From assembly GCF_006345805.1 (NCBI RefSeq), contig NC_043006.1, positions 6,572,001 through 6,636,000 on the forward strand: DNA of 64,000 nucleotides, read 5' to 3'. Both the position numbers and the translations under genes were made by a program. A model generated the notes under the pieces. The model did no database searches, was not told the DNA's origin, and saw only the letters and a program-made list of their open reading frames with translations. Every line of letters starts with the position of its first letter. The first letter of the stretch is position 1. Of this stretch, positions 1 through 13,733 are shown piece after piece. Source of the stretch: Octopus sinensis. Taxonomy: Eukaryota.

Positions 1-348
1 TTACCCATTTTATACAAATCTACAGGTTTTAATATCTGAAGGCACGATAAACCAAACATTACTGCCACAGCATGAGAACAGCATGTTTATGTTTTCGTAT
101 ATATGTTCAAGACCAGACCTGTACCTAAAATATCTTTCAAGGTTTAAGTCAAATTACCAACTCTTCAACAAATATTTACACAGTAAAAATATCATGTTGG
201 GGTAAGAAATGAAAATGTTCTACTTCGAAATTTATTTAGAAATAAGATAAATATATATCAACGACTTCAGAATCTTTTACTGCCATATACCTAGCATGTT
301 ATAGATTCCTAATACAGTTTCTTTAAAAGTACTTGTATCTTGGTCGCC

Positions 349-717
349 GTGGAGGCGCAATGGCTCAGTGGTTAGGGCAGCGGACTCGCGGTTTCGATTC
401 CCAGACCGGGCATTGTGAGTGTTTATTGAGCGAAAACACCTAAAGCTCCACGAGGCTCCGGCAGGGGGTAGTGGTGAACCCTGCTGTACTCTTTCACCAC
501 AACTTTCTCTCGCTCTTTCTTCCTGTTTCTCTTGTACCTGTATTTCAAAGGGCCAGCCTTGTCACACTGTGTCACGCTGATTCTCCTCGAGAACTACGTT
601 AAGGGTACGCGTGTCTGTGGAGTGCTCAGCCACTTGCACGTTAATATCACGAGCAAGCTGTTCTGTTGATCGTATCAGCTGGGACCCTCATCGTCGCAAC
701 CGACGGAGTGCTACTAC
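349..717 (+). mobile_element. tRNA-derived SINE, family S1 with tail A
   Basis: A box TGGCTCAGTGG and B-box-like GGTTTCGATTCC; 13-bp TSD TATCTTGGTCGCC at 336-348 and 718-730; close relative at 34957-35340. Confidence 0.9.
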
Positions 718-787
718 TATCTTGGTCGCCAAATATCCAATTATTTCATAACTTTGCAAAGCACACTATTTTACATCAAAGGGATAT

Positions 788-1201
788 ACTCTTTACTCTC
801 GTTTACTTGTTTCAGTCATTTGACTGCGGCCATGCTGGAGCACCGCCTTTAATCGAGCAACTCGACCCCGGGACTTATACTTTGTAAGCCCAGTACTTAT
901 TTTATCGGTCTCTTTTGCCGAACCGCTAAGTGACGGGTACATAAACACACCAGCATCGGTTGCCAAGCAATGCTAGGGGGACAAACACAGACACACAAAC
1001 ACACACGCACACACACACACACACATATATATATATACATATATACGACGGGCTTCTTTCAGTTTCCGTCTACCAAATCCACTCACAAGGCATTGGGGGC
1101 TATAGCAGAAGACACTTGCCCAAGATGCCACGCAGTGGGACTGAACCCGGAACCATGTGGTTGGTTAGCAAGCTACTTACCACACAGCCACTCCTGCGCC
1201 T
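788..1201 (-). mobile_element. tRNA-derived SINE, family S2 (internal (TA)n(TG)n tract, AAGAGTA-repeat tail)
   Basis: Minus-strand head GGCGCAGGAGTGGCTGTGTGGTAAG...GGTTCAGTCCC; closely matches copies at 4448-4853, 5793-6235 and 16654-17063. Confidence 0.9.
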
Positions 1202-1498
1202 GAAATATAAAATATCTGTATTCCAGATTATATTTTCGTACCTAAACACCGTTACATATTCAGTATGTAATATATATATTTATCATTCTTGCCGTATATC
1301 ATTGCCTAGTCTGGAAAACTTCTTATTCTTCAATAGGAATTATTAAAATAATAGTATTAATCATCTCTTTACAACAATGAATTTGTCTTTTAAGTGAGCA
1401 GCCCTGACATTTCCTTTAGTTATAGTTAACGACGTTGTAAAGAGTGAGAAGATATACTTGTACAAACAAAACGATACTCAATGGAGTTGATCCTAGTA

Positions 1499-1737
1499 CT
1501 AGCTTAAGCTAGCTCCTTTGGAGGGCTCTTCATTGGGCCTTGAGCCCAATAATGAGACTTCATGCATTGAGTACATATTGAATTTTTTAAAACTTGACCG
1601 ATATTTTTCAAGCAATGAACCATTTTCATCAAAACAATGATATAATTTGTCAACTTGGAACTTAATGCAGAGCTTCATGATAAACAATATTTTTGTCTTC
1701 CCATCCAGGGGTCAGTACGTCTTTTTTCTGTCTAACT

Positions 1738-1775
<38 letters not shown>

Positions 1776-2219
1776 GATCGTTTTCAACCATCAGCAGTAC
1801 CACTACCATCGCCACCACAACTACCGTATATACATCCTTCAGATCTCTGACGACTTCACCGCCTTCCCCACCACCACCACCACCACCACCACCACACCAC
1901 CACCACTATCATCACCACTGTCTTTCCCATCTCTTACTATTACCGTAAGAGATAGACTGCCCCAGCTACCACCACCACCACCACCACCACCATCATCATC
2001 ATCACCATCGCCTCCGCCTCTATCACAACTATAGCTCATACTATTACTATTCCTCCAATACCATCTGAACCGTCAATCTACTACCGTCCTCACCGTCTCT
2101 CTGCTAACTATTTCTCTGACCCCAACAAGAGGAGTAGAAGTGTCAGTGAATAGTGAGAGAGGGATCAAAGTGTGACACACTGACACACAGAAATTCGCTT
2201 TGGCATTTATTATTATAGA
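1499..2219 (-). mobile_element. Non-autonomous Helitron carrying (CT)n and (ACC)n tracts
   Basis: Minus strand starts A|TCTATAATAATAAA at 2219 and ends CTAG|T at 1499, with a short hairpin (CTCC-TTT-GGAG, 1513-1523) about 10 nt from the end; no TSD. Confidence 0.6.
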
Positions 2220-3274
2220 TATTACCAGTACTTATCTAGCCAACAATAGTCTAAATGCGTGATCATTTAACTAAGAATAGCAGGAAAACACTCTTTAATC
2301 CAGAGCCAGAGTGTACAATGCATTCTCGGAAAACAATGGGCATTCAAAATGGTGGTGCACTTTTGTTTCTGCGTAGTTGATAATATCTACACAGCATCAA
2401 TAATCGATTCTTATTTTATTCCATTCAAATGCTAAAGACAAAAATTGGAATGAGAGGATCTGTGTGCATAATGTATATGAACTAGATTTGTATTTGTTTA
2501 ATCTAGCGCTTCACCTAAAAATACGACACACTCACTAACAAAGAGGAAAATGGTATTAATAAAGCCCGCGAACAATAAGATTGTTAACCATATTGGCTGT
2601 ACGCCAATAACTGTTTCTATAAACCAGTGATTTGCGTTTCTGTTTGACTATGAATGTCATTCAAGAATGATATAAACTGTATCAAGAATGATATAAACTG
2701 TACCATAAACTTTGCAAAATTGACGTGCCATACCATTTCACCTACATCTTCATGGTTGAAGATGTATGTGAAATATAAAATAACCAGGAAAGAGATGAGA
2801 GTTGATGATAAGATCATACAGATATTGTAGTAAATTCATTAGTCATTGGAATGCTACTAAGCCTATCACAACAGTCACAGATACTCATCAATGGTTTATG
2901 GACTATTATAAACGTATACTTGACATTATCTGCCTGCGTATCGTTTCTTCTAAGTGATAACATGGGCCAGCCCACTATATTTACACGCACCGCAATTCAG
3001 AAAATTAAATTTATACATGATACATTTAATATATAATTCTCCACAAAGCATTGTATTACCAGCCATCGACATCAAGTTGCTTTTGAATTAATGTTGTGCA
3101 AACCAACTACAAACAACATAATATCTCTCTCCCTAAAGAGCCCCTTGCAATTCATTTGTAAACTAAAATAATACTGTCTTGCCAACTAAGTTCCCGACGT
3201 ATTTTAAATTTTTGAATTTATTGCGTTTTTAAATTTTGGAATCTATATATATATATATTATATATATATATATC

Positions 3275-3350
<76 letters not shown>

Positions 3351-3459
3351 TATATAGATATTTTGAGAATTCTATTTTTGAATCATTTTGGAATTTATTT
3401 TGTTTGTTTTTTTCTAGTTAATTCTATTTAATTTTTGTTTATTTTCAGGTCAGCTCTTT

Positions 3460-4449
3460 TTTTTTGCTTTTAATCAAGGTTCTTAGGCCGCAAAAGCTGC
3501 TCGCGACATCTGTGCTGTGTATGGAGAGGGCGCCATTGCTGAAAGAATCGCTCGTGATTAGTATGCCAAGTTCAAAAATGGAAATTTTGACCTCAAAAAC
3601 GCACCTCGGTCTGAACATCCAGTTGAGTTCGATGAAGAGCTATTAAACCAACTTTTGCACGAAAATTCTCGTCAAACGACAAGGGAAATGGCAGAGAAAG
3701 AGGAATGCTCCTACACTGCCATAGAGAAGCATCTTCACCCGATGGGAAAGGTTCAGAAGTATGGAGCATGAGTTCTGCGTGCTTTAAGTGACAACAGCAA
3801 AAATCAACGAGCCACAATCTCCGCTGGTTTGCTTGCGCGTCACCGCTCAACTCATGGACACAAGCAACGATTTCTTTATCGAATCGTTACTGGCGACGAA
3901 AATGGTGCCTGTATATCAATATGAAGCAGCGTAAGGAATGGCTTAGCCTCAGTAAACAAGCGACACCGCGCGTAAAATAAGATCTTTATCCGCGTAAAAC
4001 GATGTTGTGAGTATGGTGGGACTGGGAAGGGATTATCCATTACGAATTGCTTGAACGGAACCAAACGGACAACGCGGAACTCTATGTTCAGCAGATCGAA
4101 CGACTCAACAAGGCTATTCAAGAGAAAAGACCTAATCGTCAGCATAGAGCTCTTCTGCTGCACGTCAACACCCGCTCTCATGTCACCAATATGACCAAGG
4201 AAGCCATTCAAACGCATAATTGGGAAGTGATGCCACACTCGCCGTACTCTCCTGATTTGGCACCAACGGATTTCCACCCCTTTCGATCTCTTTCAAATGC
4301 TATGAGCAGAGTTTCTTTCAATTCTGAAGCAGAATTGAGAGCGTGGTTGGATCAATGTTTCGAGTCGAAATCGGGTGATTTCTTACCAACGAAGTATTCA
4401 AAATGTTGTTGAATTTTGGGATGAAGTTGTAAACAACAAGGGTGAATAC
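3460..4449 (+). pseudogene. Mariner transposase pseudogene with stops and frameshifts
   Basis: Motifs AARDICAVYGEGAI, RIVTGDEK-W, VWWDWEGIIHYELL and HSPYSPDLAPTDFH read across frames; the terminal GEY-ID* is split by the SINE. Confidence 0.9.
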
Positions 4450-4853
4450 TCTTACTCTCTTTTACTCTTTTACTTGTTTCAGTCAGTTGACTGCGGCCAT
4501 GCTGGGGCACCGCCTTTAGTCGAGCAAATCGACCCCGGGACTTATTCTTTGTAAGCCCAGTACTTATTCTATCGGTCTCTTTTGCCGAACCGCTATGTGA
4601 CGGGGACGTAAACACACCAGCATCGGTTGTCAAGCAATGCTAGAGGAACAAACACAGACACACAAACACACACACACACACTTATATATATACATATATA
4701 CGACAGGCTTCTTTCAGTTTCCGTCTACCAAATCCACTCACAAGGCATTGGTCGGCCCGGGGCTATAGCAGAAGACACTTGCCCAAGATGCCACGCAGTG
4801 GGACTGAACCCGCAACCATGTGGTTGGTTAGCAAGCTACTTACTACACAGCCA
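4448..4853 (-). mobile_element. SINE S2 inserted in the last codons of the mariner transposase
   Basis: High similarity to the other S2 copies; lies between GGTGAATAC and ACATTGATTAA. Confidence 0.9.
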
Positions 4854-5275
4854 CATTGATTAATTATTTGCTATTTCTTATTAAACCTTTTTAAAAATTC
4901 AAATTTTCAAAAACGGTGGCAACTTAATTGCCAACCTAATACATCTACAATGCTGATACATAACAGCATAAGGCAGTATCATTTTCAAGTTTTCTGTTTC
5001 ATTTGTACAATCAGCAGGTAGTCACAGAAAACTTATACACAACTTCGTATGCACTCTGTGGGACGTGTACCCCATTCAGCAATGAAATATTGATAGTTAG
5101 AAATCTGTTTCACAGTATGTGAAATGTATGGGGATCAAGTACAATAACAGAATTAAATTATTCCCTACCAAATGTATATTTTCTTTTCTAAACAATAGCT
5201 TAATGAAGCTAGTGACAATCAATAACGTAACACCCACACACATAGAACCATGGTTGGAATGCACATATATACATA

Positions 5276-5575
5276 TACAGTGGTTAGGGCAGCGGACTCG
5301 CGGTCGTAGGATCGCGGTTTCGATTGCCAGACCGGGCGGTTGTGAGTGTTTATTGAGCGAAAACACCTAAAGCTCCACGAGGCTCCGGCAGTGGGTGGTG
5401 GCGATTCCTGCTGCACTCTTTCGCCACAACAGTCTCTCACTATCTCTTCTGTTGGCCTGCTCACTTAGCCAGTGGGGTGGCGCCATTTGAAGGCCAAAAC
5501 AATTCAAAGCGCATTGTGATCAGCGATGTGTAGCAGCATCTAGTAGACTGGTCAGTTACGTGATCAGTCACATGA
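5276..5575 (+). mobile_element. SINE S1 head with alternative tail B
   Basis: Same head as 349-500, then the TTGGCCTGCTC...GCGATGTGTAGCAGCATCT tail shared with 10746-10857 and 14404-14654. Confidence 0.85.
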
Positions 5576-5664
5576 TATATATATATATATATACCGGAGT
5601 AAGCACATAAATGTGAAACAAGGTGGAAAAAAGAGTACTCAAATACCAGAGGTAGAGTAATATG

Positions 5665-5774
5665 CTTTATTTAAAAGCAGCAGAAATATAACAAAAGCTG
5701 TTACTCGGAGTTTCACGGGAACGTGAAACACCGAGGAACAGCTTTTGGTATATTTCTGCTGCTTTTAAATAAAG
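5665..5774. repeat. Near-perfect ~52-bp-arm hairpin in a (TA)n-flanked element (Penelope-like inverted junction)
   Basis: CTTTATTTAAAAGCAGCAGAAATATA...TTTCACG-GGAA-CGTGAAA...TATATTTCTGCTGCTTTTAAATAAAG. Confidence 0.8.
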
Positions 5775-5792
5775 TATATATATATATATATA

Positions 5793-5956
5793 GGCGCAGG
5801 AGTGGCTGTGTGGTAAGTAGCTTGCTAACCAACCACATGGTTTCGGGTTCAGTCCCCACTGCGTGGCATCTTGGGCAAGTGTCTTCTGGTATAGCCCCGG
5901 GCCGACCAATGCCTTGTGAGTGGATTTGGTAGACGGAAACTGAAAGAAGCCTGTCG

Positions 5957-6018
<62 letters not shown>

Positions 6019-6235
6019 TTGTGTGTCTGTGTTTGTCCCCCTAGCATTGCTTGACAACCGATGCTAATGTGTTTACGTCCCCGTCAATTAGCGGTTCGGC
6101 AGGGGAGACCGATAGAATAAGTACTAGGCTTACAAAGAATAAGTCCCGGGGTCGATTTGCTCGACTAAAGGTGGTGCTCCAGCATGGCCGCAGTCAAATG
6201 ATTGAAACAAGTAAAAGAGTAAAGAGTAAAGAGAG
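5793..6235 (+). mobile_element. SINE S2, full length
   Basis: tRNA-like head, internal (TA)n(TG)n, tail ...GAAACAAGTAAAAGAGTAAAGAG. Confidence 0.9.
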
Positions 6236-8139
6236 AATATATAGATAGACAGATAGCTAGATAGATAGCTAGATAGATGGATAGATAGATAAATAGATAT
6301 TTCTTCATATTATTATTCTTTTGCTTCTTTCAGTCATTTGACTGCGGCCGTCGTTGGTGTACCACCTGAATACGCATCCGACAACAATCACAAAAAGCAT
6401 TAGTGGTAAGAAATAACATCCATCATTCTACAAGGAAGCAGACTATCACGGTTTGTATACTCCTCAACATAACCTAGAAACAAATATGAAAATTCTAGAA
6501 ACGAATACATTATTTCGAGACGGCCTCAGTAGATCCACAATTTTACAATTGCATGTTTACACCGAGGCTTGCTACAATTTGTCGAAACTATAAATGGAGT
6601 ACCAGATACTTGTCGGTCCTAAATATGCCCGACTGTCTATGTGGCAGTGTTCAGCTAACACGAAAATAATGTGGAAAAAGTCATGGATCTCTAAAACAAT
6701 AATGTGCAAGGAACATGTATAGTTAGTCATATTGTTTCATCTCTATACATTATTGGGATTATAAATAATTGGCATTCTCTAGAATGAAGGAACGAGTAGA
6801 AAATCAATGATGCAATTTAATTCAATTAGAAACCTATTTCAATTACTATGTCAAACCAATAGAAAGGTAATTTTGTGATTGATCAGTTATTCATTACGTC
6901 TGTAAGCATTTACGAGAATCATAGAATTTCTTCTGGATGGAAGATATGTTAAAGAAATAGCTATTTAAAAAAATCATAAAATGAAAGAAGTATCTAAAAT
7001 GCAATAAAGATATATTATAGTTTATTTCGTTTTATTTGAAGAAAAAGGCTCCGAAACTCGGTGAAGTAAAATTAAAAAGAGTATGATTTCCATGATTTTC
7101 AGAATGCCTGGGTGGATTTTTCCTCTTCTGAAAGATCAGGAATTTTCACTTATCTTGCTCCGATTTATTTTTTCTTCTTCTCATTGTCATGGTTACAGCC
7201 TAGAAATTAAATGTTCCAACACAGTTGAGAGTGATTTTCTATTCTCAGAAAGTTCAGATATGCTTTTAAAAATACTTTACTCAACCACTTTAGAAGCATG
7301 AGGCATAAACGATTGAAGTAATTGAACAAATATGCGAATGATGGAACGCTGGAGAGATAAAATCGATTCATTGAAAAATATTCAAATTTCAAGTTTAATT
7401 TATAGAACATTATAGAAATCGATCCTGAAATCTATTTTTATTTTATAAGTTTGCTATTTTCGAAAGATATTCGAACGTGAGCTATTGTCTGGCCTATTTC
7501 TGAAGAAACTTAAATTCTGACATTAGAAAAATGTCCAATTCCTTAGCATCAGAAGCTGCTGTTATTCAATAAACATATTCTACTTCAGTAAGCTAGACAT
7601 CAATTTAATTTCGACACTTTCAATATCGGTGAATTTCAGTACAAATTTGCTATATTCAAGTTTTAACTTGTCAATTTTCTACTTTTCATGTGTTCAAGCT
7701 TACAAGAAAACTCAAGACAAGAATATATCTTTGTAAAACCAGTGAGCCATTTACTATTTTTCTGTATAATTCATTTGTCAGAACGTCTTTCGTCTTCAGA
7801 TGAATATATATTTATAAAATACATTTTGCATTTTTTTAATGTTCGGATATTCGAATACAGAAATTTCAATGCATGTATACATTCACGAAAGAAAAACACT
7901 CATACATATGCATTTACTGTCACCATCACTTAGCATCTCCCATTTCCATATGGGTGTATCTATGCGCTTCTATGTGATGGGTATTTGAAGCTAAATACAG
8001 ATATCAATATATACATTTGTAAACATTAAATTTTGGAAGCGTATGCTTTATCTTATATTACATTCGTCACCAGTTTCTCTTTTCATTTCTTTCTTTTTCC
8101 CTCCTCTCACATCCGTTTCAGTTACATAGATTATATCAT

Positions 8140-8153
8140 TCTCTCTCTCTTTA

Positions 8154-8201
<48 letters not shown>

Positions 8202-8254
8202 GGTATGTATGTATTATGTACATCTATAAATGTACATACGTATATATGTATGTA

Positions 8255-8307
<53 letters not shown>

Positions 8308-8404
8308 TATATGGCATATGTATGCATGTATACATATAAAAATACACATATATATTAGGCAATATACATGCATGCTTACCTATGTAAATATATTTATGTA
8401 TGTG

Positions 8405-8442
<38 letters not shown>

Positions 8443-8503
8443 CACATATATATATCATATATATATATACATGTATATATGCATCATATATAATATATAA
8501 TGT

Positions 8504-8553
<50 letters not shown>

Positions 8554-8645
8554 GTATTATGTATATATATATGTATGTATATATATATATATATATATAT
8601 ATACCTATATATATATATGTGTATGTGTTGTGGTTGTGTGTGTCG
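8140..8645. repeat. Compound (CT)n/(TA)n/(TG)n microsatellite
   Basis: Directly visible dinucleotide runs. Confidence 0.95.
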
Positions 8646-8915
8646 TATACCCATTTACGTTTTTCTGCATATGTATTGTAGGAAGTAGATCTTTTTCCAT
8701 CCGTGCCAAATTGAAATCACAGCCACATTCTAACTTATTCCCCTTTATTGCGTTTCCTTCATAATTCTGTGCAACGTGTTTACAGTTTGCTTTGAATTAC
8801 TAAATATATTTTTGTCTCACCCACACAGTAAATGGTGTGCGGATATTTTCACCGCTGTTTCTCCTAATGGAGAATGATCCGCATGAATAAAATTACAGAG
8901 AAAACAACTGTTCGC

Positions 8916-8960
<45 letters not shown>

Positions 8961-8964
8961 ACAT

Positions 8965-9090
8965 AGGGATAATTCACAAGAAAACAAAAGACGAAGACAG
9001 GTGGTTTTGACAACAAACAGATGTATTAGTTTAACACTCGGGAAGTGAAAAAGTCTTTAACGTTTCGAGCCTACGCTCTTCCACAGAAAA
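8965..9090 (-). mobile_element. Penelope-like pLTR fragment with a variant hammerhead-like motif, between (TA)n tracts
   Basis: Minus strand CTGTGGA-A-GAGC-GTAG-GCTC-GAAA-CG-TTA; downstream sequence resembles 58315-58410. Confidence 0.55.
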
Positions 9091-9114
9091 TACATTATAT
9101 GTATATGTACGTAT

Positions 9115-9172
<58 letters not shown>

Positions 9173-9191
9173 TGTACATGCATATATACAC

Positions 9192-9223
<32 letters not shown>

Positions 9224-10745
9224 TCATATACATACGCGTATACGCACATATATATGAATTAATTAGTTATTTTTGTTAGGAATACTACGATATACATATA
9301 TACAAACATATATATTCGTTTGCGTGTGTGTGCAGAAAATTGTATACAAGTACATATGTTAAGTACATGACATTTTAATTTTATTTTATATATTTTGTAA
9401 TATCATATGAATTTACGGAAAGGAATGAATATAATCCTTTTTAATATAGACAGAAGACTGGAAATTCAGGGCAGCCGTCTAGAGGATCATATCAACCGTA
9501 GTGCTCAGTTGGTACTCAGGTTATTGTCCCCGCGTAGTATGATAAATCTTGGCAGAATTTGGACACTAAAATGCCCTTAAGTATTTTGTCCGGCGTGACA
9601 GAACGTTGAAAACGTGTGTATAATGTCATCTGTACTTATACCGTTATACGGCCGTTATACAAGTGTATAAATATACGCCCATATACAAATGTGAGTTAAG
9701 TGATGATAACAACAAATACATATGTAGTTGTGACTGTCTTTTCAGAATATGTACATATATTTACATTGTGGCTTAAAACCATTCTGTGGAATATGGAAGC
9801 CATTAGGAAGATTATAATCACTCTTTAAGTGGTAACCATTTTTTAAAGGTGAATTATTATGGTTCGTTCCATTCACTAGCACTGGATTTTGGTATTTTCA
9901 TTTGCTGCATAATTCTTCAGCATGACATGAACTCGATTCAGCTGCTTATTCAGCCTTAGATTATGGTCGGCCACATCTTCCTTTTTAGCTTCAACCAATT
10001 CTTTCTCCATTTCAATGTCTTCACCATATGATAGCTACTACAGCTATCTGTTCCATTGTCTCGAATTTCGGCCAACTGCCGATATTGATTTCGGTTTTCG
10101 GACTCAAATCTCGAAAAATCTTCAGGAGTTTCTGTACTTGTTGCAAAGCTACCGTTAATGTTGGAGATGGTGTATGGTTTTCCTTATTATGGACACTGAT
10201 TGCTACCATCAAATTGTCAGTTTGTAAAGATTTTGAACACATTTGCTTTGCTCTGGTTGGATGTTCCATTCACAAAGCCTGGCTGGAGCACTAGAAGCAC
10301 TATCGGATGCATGACCTGTGGTAAGCCGAGAAACCTGTTCTTCGTACATTATAGACCTCCTAGTTCATGCAGTGGACATTGTGTCACTGCCATCTCCAAT
10401 ACTGCTGTGGCAATTATCTACAAGTAGGTACTTTACTCGACGTTTGTACCTGTGTTTTTATTCAAGTTGTTTATCACTGTGTTATTAATTTAATACGACT
10501 GTGGTGTGACTTCGGAAGATTTAAAAAGATAAGAAAAGCTGGACACTCTTTAACTATTACTATGTCGCCCGACAATAGCATACAAGCTTATGTATATATA
10601 TGTGAGATTATGTACATATATGTGTGAGTTTGTGTGTGTATTTGTGTAAGTATGTGTATTTCATTGTGTATATGTATATAAGATATGGATGTGTGAATAT
10701 ATATATATATATATATATATAGATATATATATATATCTATATATA

Positions 10746-10853
10746 TTGGCCTGCTCGCTTAGCCAGCGTCATTTGAAGGCTAAAACAATGCATTGCATTG
10801 TGACCAGCGATGTGTAGCAACATCTGATAGCCTGGTCGGTCATGGTGGTGGTG

Positions 10854-10857
<4 letters not shown>
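10746..10857 (+). mobile_element. 5'-truncated S1 tail B fragment in (TA)n
   Basis: Matches 5451-5575. Confidence 0.75.
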
Positions 10858-10896
<39 letters not shown>

Positions 10897-11619
10897 GAGA
10901 GAGAGAGAGAGAAGCAGATAGACAAACAGGCAGACAGATAGATAGATAGATAGATAGACTGATAGATAGATGCATATACATAAATACATGCACACACACA
11001 CACACACATATATAAAAATATATACGCACATAAATATACATTGTTATACATGCATATATATACATGTGTATGTGAGCGTGTGTCAGTGTTTGTGAGTGTG
11101 TGTGTGTACATATAAAATATTCATATTCCGAATGAAACATGCTGTATTTTTTGTTCACGTGGCTATTTTAAAGGGGGGATGACAAATATTTCATAGTTTA
11201 TTTCTACATTACCAAACGCATATTATGAGTTTAGGCATGAGTCTTCAGTTGTAACCTTCGTATTTAAACTTCTTTTTATAAGAATGAAATATTAAAGTTT
11301 GAGAGTCTTTCTAGAATCAAATCCGTCGTGCACTTTTTCCTTATCCCGTTTCAAGTCAAGTATATTTGAATTCCTTTTCCTCTTTTTCAAATTTTTGCGT
11401 TTAGCAAAATCGCCCATTTTAAATTACAAGTATTTCTCTTTGCATACGCCGCTCCAATTCTTGGGAACTATGTCAAGGTCCTATTTCTTGTCCTGCTTTT
11501 ACTCTCGGTTAGAATTGTAAGAATATTATAACCCTTGGTTGCAAAAGCATCAGTGCTGGGAGATAAAAGGAATCTTTAAATTTATAAGAAATATATACGC
11601 ACATAAATATACACACATA

Positions 11620-12870
11620 TGTATGTATGTATGTATGTATGTATGTGCGAATGTGTGTTCATATGGAGATAGTAATATTGTCTCCATGTTTTGATATTCT
11701 TTGATAGATGAGTGTTTTCTTACCTCCTATAAAAACGTGCTTGGCCACATTCAAATGTTTCTTTACTTGGAAACAGATGAAGTTTGGTGATATGCCTGGT
11801 ATCTGTATATATAACTAAAAAATAACCGGGGTCGGCTAAAGCCAAAGCTTCATGAGTGGATTTGGCAAATGGAGATCGTATATGTGCAGGTATGTATGTA
11901 TGTATGTATGTATGTATGTATGTATGTATGTATGTATGTATGTATGTATGTATGTATGTATGTATGTTTGTATGCATGTATGTATGTATGTATGTTTGTA
12001 TGCATGTATGTATGTATGTATGTATGTATTTATGTATGTATGTATGTATGTTTGTATGCATGCATGTATGTTTGTATGCATGCATGTATGTATGTATGTA
12101 TTTATGTATGTATGTATGTATGTTTGTATGCATATATGTATGTATGTATGTATGTATGCATGCATGTATGTATGTATTTATGTTTGTATGTATGTATGTA
12201 TGTATATATGTATGTATGTGCGAATGTGTGTTCATATGGAGATAGTAATATTGTCTCCATGTTTTGATATTCTTTGATAGATGAGTGTTTTCTTACCTCC
12301 TATAAAAACGTGCTTGGCCACATTCAAATGTTTCTTTACCTGGAAACAGATGAAGTTTGGTGATATGCCTGGTATATGTATATATAACTAAAAAATAACC
12401 GGGGTCGGCTAAAGCCAAAGCTTCATGAGTGGATTTGGCAAATGGAGATCGTATATGTGCAGGTATGTATGTATGTATGTATGTATGTATGTATGTATGT
12501 ATGTATGTATGTATGTATGTATGTATGTATGTATGTATGCATGTATGCATGTATGCATGTATGTATCTATGTTTGTATGCATGCATGTATGTATGTACGT
12601 ACGTATGTATGTATGTATGTATTTATGTATGTATGTATGCTTGTATGCATGTATGTATCTATGTTTGTATGCATGCATGTATGTATGTACGTACGTATGT
12701 ATGTATATATGTATTTATGTATGTATGTATGTTTGTATGCATGCATGTATGTTTGTATGCATGTATGTATGTATGTATGTATGTATTTATGTATGTATGT
12801 ATGTATGTATGTTTGTATGCATGCATGTATGTATGTATGTATGTATGCATGCATGTATGTATGTATGTAT
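11620..12870 (+). repeat. Tandem ~575-bp units (about 250 bp complex sequence plus (TATG)n), a little over two copies
   Basis: 11641-11890 is nearly identical to 12214-12463; an inverted copy lies at 13734-14212. Confidence 0.9.
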
Positions 12871-13733
12871 TTAATATATATATTAAAATTTTATTTAAAA
12901 TATTAGTTTCATCTTATGAACATAGAAGTTCTTGTATAGGTTGTTAGAGATTTTGTTGGCGTACTGTTGCAAAGAATAATGCGAAGCAGATTTTGCCAAC
13001 GCACAGGTTCTCCAAGCATTGTTTAATAAGCAAATGAAATTGATGCGCATCTGGCTGTTTGCTTATATTTGGAGCAGCTAAGAACTGTCATGTCTGGCAT
13101 TAAAGAAAATGAATTATTGAAAAACAAAGAAAAGATTTCTGTCATTTCCAGCGTAATTCGTACTTATTTTTTATTTCGAATTTAGAGCACGTATAAATGT
13201 TCAATCTATTATTTTTCGGGAAAGACTCCATTTAATGTGTTTGATTAACTATTTATTGAAATATAGTAAATGCTTCCATAGATTCAATAATATTATATGC
13301 CTTAAGATTGAAAGAACTATTTTCATAACAAACAAAACAATAATACCATCGCCTGCTTAATGATATTAGCTTCATTGTAAAGTTTTTCTATAATCCAGAC
13401 TTAGAACCATTAAGTTAATTGTGGTTAATTGACCAGCGTCATAGGATATTTCCCTGTATGTGTGTTAGTACATCTGTAATGAGGAAAGCATCGACATAAT
13501 AAATTATGTATGTATATATATATGTGTTTCATCGCGTCTAAATTACTTGCGGTGCAACCCTCGTATGTTATTAAGGTATTCATTGCTTCTCTAAATGTGT
13601 TATACCTATACACAATCATGCATACACAAATGTGCATCATAAATGTCATCACTATCATCATCAATGTCATCAACGTCATCGTTTAATCCTCCACTGCTCC
13701 ATGTTAGTATGGGCCATACGAGATTCGATGAGG

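Larger units (their letters stand above)
3172..4941 (+). mobile_element. Decayed mariner (Tc1/mariner) DNA transposon
   Basis: Imperfect TIRs (3172-3218 ...GCCAACTAAGTTCCCG... vs 4895-4941 ...GGCAACTTAATTGCCAACCTAATA) flank a transposase pseudogene; interrupted by (TA)n at 3243-3360 and an S2 SINE. Confidence 0.88.

Noticed and set aside
6400-6720. Possible Penelope RT thumb remnant (YRKQT-TGLY after assumed frameshifts)
   Set aside because: Needs two assumed indels over a few codons; too weak.
10021-10294. Coding-looking stretch with 82-88 aa ORFs on both strands
   Set aside because: No recognisable motif and stops in the flanking frames; possibly retroelement debris but cannot be assigned.
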